From: Adineta vaga | Taxonomy: Eukaryota > Animalia > Rotifera | NCBI GenBank assembly: GCA_021613535.1 | Contig: CP075497.1 | Coordinates: 2,790,001 to 2,854,000, forward strand | Reading direction: 5' to 3' | Length of the DNA: 64,000 nucleotides | Shown: in pieces, positions 27,874 through 38,800 of the stretch | Position numbering within the stretch: the first letter of the stretch is position 1 | Layout: each line of letters starts with the position of its first letter | Translations under genes and position numbers: made by a program | The notes under the pieces: generated by a model | What the model saw: the letters and a program-made list of their open reading frames with translations, nothing else | Databases searched by the model: none | Told to the model about the DNA's origin: nothing

Positions 27874-28582
27874 TTTGTAATATTTACTTTCAGTTGGATC
27901 ACATTCAGGATCTGGAGTAGTATCAACTGTAATACGTTCACCGTATGTACCAGGTTTTTGAGCTTCAAGTAATAAACCAGCAGAAAGTGGAATCTTGTCG
28001 ACTGTTTTGATCATTAAAATCATTTCACCAGTACCAGTTCCATTTTTTGAAACATAAACCAAATCAAGAGCAATTTTACTACCTGTTTTAGCACGTGGTG
28101 GAAGAACAGCAAATGATTTGAATGTTGCATCACCATTATCATTGACTAAAAGCATAGAATTTTCCTTTTCTACCTGAATATTATTGTTCATACTTACTAG
28201 GACAGAGTTTCAGTGTTTCACAATAATAAATAGGATCAATATCAGCTTTGTTCATTAATTTAACAAATTCTTCAAGACCAATAAAATCACAACCCATTGT
28301 ACAAATAAATCCAAGTAATCCTGAACCAGTTTTTTCTTCTACAAGATCACATAAATGACCACAGCTATCCATAACACCATATTGAAGAATAATTTCAAGA
28401 ACAACTTGAACTAAATCATCAAATGTATTGATACATTGTGGACACCAATCAAGATTAACATCTTTTGTACTATGTGATAAAACACTACGTTGAATATGAG
28501 TTGATTGTGGAAAAAATTTACGTGTATCAGCAGTGATACCACCAATTAGAACAAGAAATACGATTACAAAAGATTTATACAT
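27690..28582 (-). CDS. Countin-like protein, copy 3
   Basis: CPQC...IILQYGVMDSCGHLC...ADIDPIYYCETLKLCP|INDNGDA...|CEQWLEGTYNVTVLLCNGQCGSHHPHTALYD. Same intron positions; (TA)n in intron 2. Confidence 0.88.
27842..27869. repeat. (AT)n microsatellite in intron 2 of countin copy 3
   Basis: Direct reading. Confidence 0.9.
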
Positions 28583-29191
28583 TGTTGTGTTTGAATAATT
28601 AATGATCCAAGGACAGCTTTTTAAATAGCAGATATGTGTGAAACGAACAATCTGCTCCAACTGTCGTCGTACACATAATAGAAATCGTTTAAGAGAAGTT
28701 TATTTTCAAAAATTAATATCCCTGGACATAAAAAATAGTTTATTCATCTAAGACATATTCTAAGAACATTAATATTTGCTTTAGAATAGAGAAAAACAAA
28801 GTCATCTGGATATTGATTCAAATCATCACATAATAGAGCTATTTTTAAGTTTATTGTGAGTGAAACAATGAAATATGATCTTTCGATATATATACAATTT
28901 GAATTCGAACCAAAAATTGATTTAAAGTACTTTCGTTTAAACCAATGGTTAGACGAAAAACTAGAACGATATGAATCTTTCTTACTTGTTCTTATCGATC
29001 TATTCATCAATCATATATCTTCACAATAATCACAGAAAAATTTGTATTTTTTTTGTCGGTAAAACGTTTTTCGATTAATTTGAAAAATTATTTCGTGTTT
29101 ACAAGTATTCATATTTATTTTTTTTTCTTTCTTATAAAACAAAATACACATTAATTGAATATATATATATATATGTATATAAAATAAAATT

Positions 29192-29482
29192 TCATGCTGT
29201 TACATGTCCAGTTGTTGTTGCATTCAATGCAAAATTATCCGTATCAAACAAATCACCGAAATCATTAAAAAAATCTGCATGAACTATTTTCTCTGTTGCC
29301 ATCAATGTCATATGATGAGGATGATGAGACATAAAACCAGTTGTCGATGATGAATCAAGACGCATCATTGCTTCACCACTACCAACGCCCATATCATCTT
29401 CATAATCATCAAAATTACCACCAGTTTCATCGGCATACATGCCTTCATCAACTGCTTTTGATACATTAAAATATTGATCCAT
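29192..29482 (-). CDS. COPS9: COP9 signalosome subunit 9 (CSNAP/MYEOV2)
   Basis: Small acidic protein with the diagnostic EKIVHADFFNDFGDLFD motif. Confidence 0.9.
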   Translation of the reverse strand: MDQYFNVSKAVDEGMYADETGGNFDDYEDDMGVGSGEAMMRLDSSSTTGFMSHHPHHMTLMATEKIVHADFFNDFGDLFDTDNFALNATTTGHVTA

Positions 29483-30182
29483 AAGAAAGAAAATTAATTT
29501 GTTCTTTAATCTGAAATAGAAATAAAACGAAATTAAAATCTCGTTGAATAAGAAATATTTTTCTTGTTTTCGAAAAATTTAGCGAATATTGTTGACTATT
29601 TTCGGTTATGGTTCATTGATATGCTTGACATCTAATGGAGAAAAAAAACAATCAATATTAAGAATATAATATACAACAAAAACAAAAAAAAAACATTAAA
29701 AAGTAGTTCAATATTTTCAAATAAACTTCGTCAGCGACTCTAATCTTGTCAAAACATCATAGAATATCAAGACAATGAATAAAAAATTTCATCATACGAA
29801 GTTTGTTTTTTTTCACTCATAAGGTTTCTTAAAAACGAATTGACATACAGACTGAATTACGAAAATAGAACATTCATTTTACAGAGGAAGAGCAATTTCG
29901 TATTACCGTATCATCCTGTTAATTGAATATTATTGTACAATAACAAAATTGGCAATAAGAAGAGGAAAAGACAACCTTGAAATAAATACATGACTATTTT
30001 TATATACGTCATCATCATTTTCCGAGAGTCAAAGTGTCGATTTAATTAATGAAAATCACATATGCGTGATATTTAATACGTGACTGTGAAGCAATGAAGC
30101 GTAGCTCATGAGATGAAATGTTAGTTTGTATTCATTTCTATTACTGAAAAACTACGGTATCTTGTAGTTGACCATACATAGA

Positions 30183-30629
30183 ATGCAGGCAATTCCTCAA
30201 CGTCGGCGTCCTCCAATGATGCAGAGACCACGTGGATACGGACCACCAGCACCGGCTATTGCTAGAGGTCCACCTCCTGCTCGTATCGCTCCACCTCCAC
30301 CATCAACAATGGTTCACACTGTTATTCTACCTGCGTCCACACCAACTTATCACTCTGCTCGTGTCGCTACTATTCAACCAACAGTTGGATATGTAACTAT
30401 TCCAACTGTTGCTGGCCCGGTAGTTGTGCCATCAACCATGGCACCAGCTGCAATGCCAGTTGCTACTCAACTACCTTTTGCTGCTTCTGCACAACCAGCT
30501 GTACAACCAGTAGCTATGCCTGGTGGAGTGCGTCACCCTGGTATGGGACGACAGGGTCCATTCGGAAATATAGGGCGAGGTCCTGTTCCTCCTGGTTATC
30601 GTCGAGTGATTGCTCGTCGTCGTCGTTAA
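30183..30629 (+). CDS. Pro/Arg/Ala/Val-rich low-complexity protein, 148 aa, single coding exon
   Basis: Visibly GC-richer open frame; splice acceptor ttgtag just upstream (30167); ends RRVIARRRR*. Confidence 0.75.
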   Translation: MQAIPQRRRPPMMQRPRGYGPPAPAIARGPPPARIAPPPPSTMVHTVILPASTPTYHSARVATIQPTVGYVTIPTVAGPVVVPSTMAPAAMPVATQLPFAASAQPAVQPVAMPGGVRHPGMGRQGPFGNIGRGPVPPGYRRVIARRRR

Positions 30630-31174
30630 GTGCGTTAAACTGTTTAACTCGGACAAAAAATAGATTTAACTGAATAATCGTTAGAAAGAGAAAAAAAAAG
30701 AAAATCTTTTTTTTTCAAACTTGATCAATTTAAACAATGAAATCAATGATTAAAGTTCATCAAAATATATTCTTTTGTTTTGAAATCTCGTAGTAATCAG
30801 AAAATATAGAAAATATTCAACAACTAACTGAAGTAAAACATGTGTGGCATGTTGATAAACATATCAGACATTTCTCGTCATTTATTTTCATATTTTTGTG
30901 CACTTAACTATGTTTACTCGTAAATCTCTAGTCATTAGAAAAGCATTTCAATCGTAAGTAGAATATCTTTTTCAAAGGAAAATAATAACATAAGTCATCT
31001 GTTTTTTGTTGTTGACAGACGGTTGAAAAGAGAAAGAAAAAGTTGTTTTTGTCCTTGAAATATGAGAATTCATTTTTATTCTTCTTCTTCTTCAATTATG
31101 AAAATTGTTGTTCACTTTTCTTCCCTTCAAAAGAAAAATAACACGCACACATTATTTTCATAACATCGATTAAA

Positions 31175-31534
31175 ATGGCTAACCCACCCCATAATCGAGT
31201 TCATGGTCAAATCACTATCAAAGATGAACAAGAAAATTTTCAAGGAAATGAAATTCTTTATATTTCTGTACGCGATTCACTTCGACATGATGTTGAATGT
31301 ATTGAATTAGGTTCAACAACAATTCATTTACGTCAAGGACAACAAATGCCCATTCAATATCAATGTATATTCGATCCAAGCAAAGCGCATATGAAATTTG
31401 AACAAATTAAATCAATTCCTGGTGGAATAACTCTATCAGCGAGTATTGAACGAAATGATAAATTATTATATATAAATGATACAAATATTCCCTTAGACGA
31501 TGAAATTGATATTGAACTCGTAAAAGTTGAATGA
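31175..31534 (+). CDS. YbaY/YscW (bacterial lipoprotein/pilotin-like) family protein, intronless, no signal peptide
   Basis: Pattern VHGQIT...LYISVRDSLRHDV...QQMPIQYQCIFDP...LSASIERNDKLLYINDT...DIELVKV matches YbaY V.G.V....L.V.L.D.S.AD....Q.P..F.L.YDP....SA.I...G.L.FI.D......D..LV.V. Confidence 0.75.
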   Translation: MANPPHNRVHGQITIKDEQENFQGNEILYISVRDSLRHDVECIELGSTTIHLRQGQQMPIQYQCIFDPSKAHMKFEQIKSIPGGITLSASIERNDKLLYINDTNIPLDDEIDIELVKVE

Positions 31535-31782
31535 AAACAGTGAACTTTCATTTCTAAAAGAACGATCTATTGACACAATTTCTTTTCTCTGTTCGACTTC
31601 ATCTTTTCTTTTTCTTTTCTGTTTTTTTTTCATGAAATAAATGTACAAATTATATTTAGGCGCAGTTTCATCGATAGTTGAGCTCGCCCGGTAATAATCC
31701 ATCGATTAATTTCGCAAACAAGCGAAACCTATTCCAACATAAGTTGGAAAGGTTTTAGAAGTTTGCAATGAAAATCATTGTA

Positions 31783-32281
31783 AAACAGTTCTCAGTAAAT
31801 ATGGGTTAGAAATCGTTTTTGTCGATCATTCTTTTTCTGAAGACCGTCGTTGGATTCATCATAGAGCTGTTAAAATTCAAAACCTATCCTTAACACGACT
31901 TAACTTTCTCTATTACATATCGCGAAAATCATACGTACCATCTAACGAATGAAGATTTGAATTTGATTTCAATGTTCCAACCATTTGTTTCATCAAACTA
32001 AAAGGAAAAGAAGTTTAATTAAATACGAAAAACAAAACAATTGTTGAAAAAAAGCTAAAGTGTAAAAATGAATAAAATATTCATTCTAATCATTTGATTT
32101 AGCTTCAATTCCTATTCTCTTGCACGTTTATCCACATCTGACATACACGAAAATCGTATGGCAAATTCTACTATGAGTGCGGTTGAGATCACAACTTTCT
32201 AAGAAACAGTTCTCAGTAAATATGGGTTAGAAATCGTTTTTGTCGATCATTCTTTTTCTGAAGACCGTCGTTGGATTCATC
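31783..32281. repeat. Exact 78-bp direct repeat (31783-31860 and 32204-32281) with a 343-bp spacer
   Basis: Both copies read aaacagttctcagtaaatatgggttagaaatcgtttttgtcgatcattctttttctgaagaccgtcgttggattcatc. Confidence 0.92.
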
Positions 32282-32859
32282 GTTGAACTGTTTTCTTTTG
32301 TTTCTACTTAGAATTCAGTAATTTTTATTAATAAAATCTCTTCTGATTTCAGATTCAATTTGGAATTGAATTCTCTTCAAATCTGATGAATATCAGAGTG
32401 GTGCATGTGGAATCATCATTAATACAGAAGAGAGACAAAATTTGCATAGAAAAACGAACCGTAATTTACCTTTTTCAAAACGAAGATAAATTTTTATTCG
32501 TTTCGAATGAAGAAATTACCCAACACTCTCACTCCATTCTATTTTGGTAACCGAATGAACTATCGAAAGTCGATTTTATTCTATCTTAGAATATGAACCA
32601 ATCCGAATGTAGTGGATATAACGCCTCCATATAATAATACTTAGCGACCTCTTCAAAATATATCAAGAATTTCATATTTCTAATTACAAAAGATTCACTT
32701 TTTATGTTGAATTAAATTAAATCTTTGATATAAGATAATGAATAGAAGATTTTTATATATTTGTCATGACGACAATTAGTGCGAATGGCCAAGGCCATTA
32801 CAAGAGACATTTCTGTGAACATTTTCAAAATAAAGTTTTTTCAAACACCGGTGAAAAAA

Positions 32860-35800
32860 ATGAGTGATAAACCACGACTATCAACAGCCTTATCAAATAG
32901 TTTAAAAGGAGCCACTGCTGTATCAAAATTTAAAGGATTACTTAATCAACAAAGTTTAAGTTCATTTTCAAAGTAGAGAACATCAGTTCAATGAAGAAGC
33001 AAACTTATTTCTTTGAATTTATTCTTAGTCTCGAGGATTTAAGAGAAGAACGACTTGAAATTCAAAATTTATTACATTTAGAAGATTTGGAAAGATTACG
33101 TTTACAAGGATTTGTATGTGAATTTATCTCAATTAAATATCTTTTCTACTTTTATTCTCTCTCCCTATCTCTCTAGTCAGGTAAAAAACGTCTTAATAAA
33201 GAACAATTCATTACATTCTTACGAACAACATTACCTCGTGGAACCATTCGAGATGTATGTTTATCTTTGTATCGATTTATTTTATTTTCTTTGTTTAAGT
33301 TTGATGAATTATTTGAATCTGTTGATTGTACGAAAGAAGGTTATATTTCATGGTAAGATAGCAATATTTCAATCAATTAGATTTGTTAGAAATCTTCACT
33401 ATTTTCAGGGATAATTTAGCCGAATACATTGTCTTGAAATTAACTGATAATGATGATCGACAAAAAGCGACATCAATACCGAGCTGGAAGGGTGGAAAAT
33501 CGATCGTAAAGTAAGTATATATATATATATCTTTCTTTGTGATTGATTTTCAAAAGGCAAGACTTTCTTCATTAGTGCTCATCGAGATTCTATCAAACGT
33601 ATTCAACATATGGATAGTTTTGGTCGATATATATCTTTAAGTCGAGTATGAAAGGAGAAACTAAACAAAGTTATAGGTTCTTGAAAAGAAGATTTCTCTT
33701 TTCAGGAAGGAACTATTTGTCTTTATGATGATGAAACTCAATTTTATAAAACATTTAAAGCAACAACTGAAAATTGTAAACTAAGAGATTTATGGATTAC
33801 TGATTTCGTATTCATGTCAAATAATAACAAAATAGCATTATCTTATACATCAAAAGAAATAAGTAAGACAAATTTCTCGACATTTATATTTGATTTATTT
33901 CATCTCGTTGTTCAAGTTATCTTTGATATGACATCGAAATTAGAATTGAATTTATCCTATCGAATTGTTGGCATGGAAGCAACACCTTTTTGTTTGGATT
34001 ATTGGTAAGAGATTGTATGGATTTTCTATTGTTGAAATGCTTTCATTTAGGTCGGATCCGGAAAATCCTAATGATGCGATATTATGTTGGGGAGATGTAA
34101 TGGGAAATGTTCATGCAATTTTTTTCAATTCAGCTTTAATCGCTCTAATTGAACGACCACCACAACAGACGAGTGATGCAGGTTTGTTTCTATAGAAAAT
34201 CTACTTTGCTTAATTGAAAATTATTATATTTAGAATATACAAAAGTTCACTTAGCAGATATAGCAAATGGAAACTATAAAAATGCATCGTATGCAACATA
34301 TCATGCTCATGGAGAATGGACTCGAAAAGGTTGATATTCAATTGATGTTCTATTCTCAAATAGATTGGAGTTCTTTTTTTTTGCAGTTAAATATGTCGAA
34401 CATCTGGAATGTTTTGTTTCATGTTCAACAGATGCAAAAACAGCATTAGTGTTTTCTTGGTTAGAAAAATCGGGATTAACAGTTCGAAAGTATGTTGAAA
34501 TTCGTCCTTGAGAAAACAGGAATCGTTTTTTCTTTATGAGAGAAACTATTATCTAATCTATGAAATATTTTAGTAATGATATTGTTCGTGATCGAAGGTA
34601 TATTTTAAAAACTAAGATAGTCATATAAACTAACTTAAAATCAGTTTTTATGTTTTTCAAATTGAATTTAACCTTGGCGAATTGTTTTGATTCGATATTC
34701 TGATTGTATTTTATGGGTTTTTTTTCTTTCTAGTAATTATTCAATTCGTGTTCGAAAGTTACGTGATGGGAGGTATGTATACATAAGAATGAATTTAAAG
34801 AGCTTCTATGATGAATTTTCTAGAAATACGGTTGTAATTGAACAAGGAGTTAATTCATTTGATTATTCAAAAACCTTTAATTTAGTGGGTAAGATGAATT
34901 ATACATTCGAATCACCTTGAGACAGTTGAAAACTAAATAAACTGACGAAATATGTTAGGTTTCATTCGATACAAATGAAATTAAAGCTTGATAGTTTCGA
35001 ATACTTTTCATCTATTTAGCAACCGCTGGTGTCAATACTCAAGTACGATTATGGAATCCATTTGTTCTATCAAAACCAAATGGAGTAATAAAAATCATGC
35101 TTTCTTCGTTGAATATCTTTATTTTTCTTTAGACATTGATTGGTCATATGCGTTCTGTTCTTTTTGTTCAATTTATTCATAGTCGTAATCAAGTAATAAG
35201 TTTTTCGAAAGATAAAATATTACGTATCTGGGATGTACAACTACAAATCTGTCTTCAACGTTTAGCAAATATATTTCCACGTGGAGCTGAAGGTAAGAAT
35301 CATGCAAAAGAAATTTTATTTTCTTGATTAAAAACGAAAAAGACAAACTACGATTTCTTGATGTGTTTTTTTAACCTTGAAATTTTTTAAATCGCTTCAC
35401 ATAAAAATCGATAATTTCGTTGACAATCATCGACATATAATCCACATGAAGTTACACTAACACATAATTCATTATTATTAATTGTTGTTAAACTTGAATA
35501 ATCTGTTTGTGAACACCAAATATCATGTAAATTCAATTGTGCTGTTTCACCATTATCATACCAACGAAAGATCGTTGTTGGAACTTGTCGTCGTGTTCGA
35601 TAATTAGGATGATGTAATTTTAATGTATCGAAATTACTTGTTGCACCTATCCAATAGATATAGTCAAGTTGATCATGATCATTATCATGTGCAAAACTTT
35701 CTTTAAGATATTGAATATCTGTACGATTAAGATTTGATGCTAATTTCATTGTATATTCTTGTCCTTCATCGATTGTATTATCATCTTGACAATAGTCATT

Positions 35801-38800
35801 TGCTTCAAACCAGGTAGATTTATGATTTGAAAGACGAAAACAACGATTACCAATTAATAGATCATGACAAACAATACATCGATGTAAAATAGTCGACCAA
35901 AATAAACGTTTTGGACAAGTACAATGACCTGATTGACATTTCATTAAAGATTTTTCTCCATCACAATCATCATCTGTTGAACACGATTTGTCATATCCGA
36001 GTAATTCATTCGAAATGGATGTACTCTCTATATTTGGATTCAAAGGTGGTGCTTTCAAACTTCCATAACCATTAATGACAGGAATATTGACTGCAGATAC
36101 ACTTTGTGTTATTGCGGTTGTTGTTAAGATTGTTTTGTCATTGTTAGTTGGATTATCAAGACTATTAACAAGAATGTCCAAAGCATTAGCAAATTTTCTG
36201 CAAAGAAAAAGGAAAATTTTAATGTTAGAGTTGTTCGTATTTTGATGGAAAACAAAGAATATTTTACCTCAATGCATATTTATCCGGTAATAATTCTTCA
36301 CTTTTCTTATCTAATTTTACGCAAAAGAAGTTCGCTCCAATTTGTTCAATTGATTTATTGAACAAAATTAATGTTGACCGTTGATTATAGTCATACTGAT
36401 TATGTTGCATAATATGTTGAATGAAATTTTGAATATAAAATGAATCACTAATCATTTCTTGATCAGTTAATTCACAATTCACATAACATGTTATCATTGT
36501 TGATGTTATATGTAAGAAAAGAACAAGACTAGTATTTGGTGAATAGATTCGATCGGTTGACTTATCAGCATAAAGAACAAATTGAGTACGATTTTCATTA
36601 TTAAAACGAATATGAAATAAATGTTCCGAAGGATAATATAGAATTTGAAATTTTAATTGTGGAATACTGAAAATTGTATTTGTTGTATTGATTTTATCAA
36701 TATGGGGTTTGTAAACAATAGTGAACGAATCTGATGAAAGTGTTTGTTGCTGCTGCTGTTGTTGTTGATTATTACGTCTAAAGATTCGAATGCAGAAAGA
36801 AAAAAAGTCGAGTAATTTTGAGTCCTGCCTTACAGGCAGACTATCATCACAAAAGAGACTATGTATGGTCCACATTTTAACCGTAAAGCGACTGCACTGA
36901 AAAGCATCTTACCTTGATCGGAGTTTTCGACGTTGAACTTTTTCAATAATATGTTGCATTTTTCGAATTAAAGGTCGTCCAATAGTTGAAGTTGTATTAG
37001 TTTCTAAAGCATGATTCGTATTCATTGGTTTACATGAATAAGTTTCGAAGATTTCTTGTGCTGTTTGTGATTCATAATGTTCGATATTCTCCGTGATATT
37101 TTCAAGTTTATAAATTGAACTTTGATTTTCAGATTTTCCATCGAAGAACATTGTTGAATAGAAAAAATATGAATCAATTAATTTACAATTAATATAAGTT
37201 TCTAATTTCATTTCATCACGAATGGCAATAAAAATCAGATGATTTATTGAATTATACAATAAATCAGCTCGTTCAATATTTAATTTTATCGATTGTTCTT
37301 GTTGTTTAATAGTTCCATTTGAATAGCGTGTATTCACATTAACAACAATCGCGCGATCATAAGTTGATAAAGCAAATGAAAGATATTTTTGTTCTTGTTG
37401 ATTTGTTGTTAATGTAAAAAGTGGAGTATAAAATCCTGGAAATTGATATTGATCAAATACGAACCAATGTTCAGTTGATGAAACAATAGTTATCGAAAGA
37501 AACCAAAGTAGAATTCGCATGATTTTAAATCGATACTTTTACTTCTAATGACTTGTTTGAAATATAAATGATCAATGAAAACAAAAAATGACGATGATAA
37601 GAAGAAATTGTGAATCATTATGAATGAGCAAAATAAAATGAAATTTGATCTATGCACACAAAACATCTCCAACAATTACAGTAATTAGTACAGAAGAGGA
37701 GAGAGAGAGAGAGAGAAGAAAACAAGAAGTGAACCTGTCATTCAAATTTAATGTTCGATTCTGATCGACTAATCATATTTATCTTTTCTAGTGGAAATCT
37801 TTTGTTGGTTTGATGATCCACGTAGTCGATTTTTTGCCACATTTCGAACGAATATTTTGATGTGGGAAATAAAACCTGATGTTAAAAATCGAATTGTTAC
37901 TCATGATCGATCTATTGTTGCTGCTCGATATTTGATTAAACACAAACAAGTAAGATGAATCTATTTGATAAGAATTGTAATGAAAATTTTCATTTATATA
38001 GGTCATGGTGGTTTGTCAAGCAGGTGACATTAGTTTTTGGTCATTAGAAGGTCAGAGAACAAATCGATTTAGTGAGAAAAGTATTGGAGAAAATGTTGAT
38101 ACAACTTGTTTGGGTTTTGATGAATTTGGAGAGAAATTCTATACGGGCGGAAGCGATGGGAAAATTCGAGTTCGTTGAAATTTACATGAAGACAAAGAAA
38201 GCATAAGGATGAAATATGAATTTAGGTATGGAATTACAATGGTCGAGTTTTACGAAATTTGGAAGCGACTGAAGATGGTACAGCAGTGGAAATTACACAG
38301 ATTGAAACATTAAAACGACGAATTGTTGCTGTTGGATGGAGCAAGTAAGAAGATAGAAGTTAGAACGATTGATGATTAATTGAAATTTCTTGAAGATATT
38401 TAACGATTTTTCGTGATTTACAAGAAGGTGATGTTAAACCTGCTTTACCTACTGAATGGAAAGGAGATAAAGGTGAAGATGAAGATACAAGAGAAGTAAT
38501 TATTCTGAAGAAATATTTCTGATCTATTTTTTGTTTTTTTTCATTTAAAGGGACATAATGAAGATATCGTATGTATGTCTGTAACTGCATTTGCACCTCA
38601 ATTACTTGCAACAGGAAGTATTGATGGTGAAATATGTATTTGGAATACTTCATCTGAATTATTTGTTCGTCGTCTTGATCAACGCAAACGTGTTCCTAAT
38701 CATAATAAAACACAAGTAAAATAAAATAGTTTTTCTTTCTCTAATGCTTTTGCTGCTTAATGCTCATTCTTTTGCATTCTTAATCAGTTACAAGACAATT

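Noticed and set aside
31783-32281. Direct repeat as a CRISPR array or LTR/TRIM element
   Set aside because: Only two 78-bp units with a 343-bp spacer in a eukaryotic context; no TG..CA termini, PBS/PPT or target-site duplication seen.
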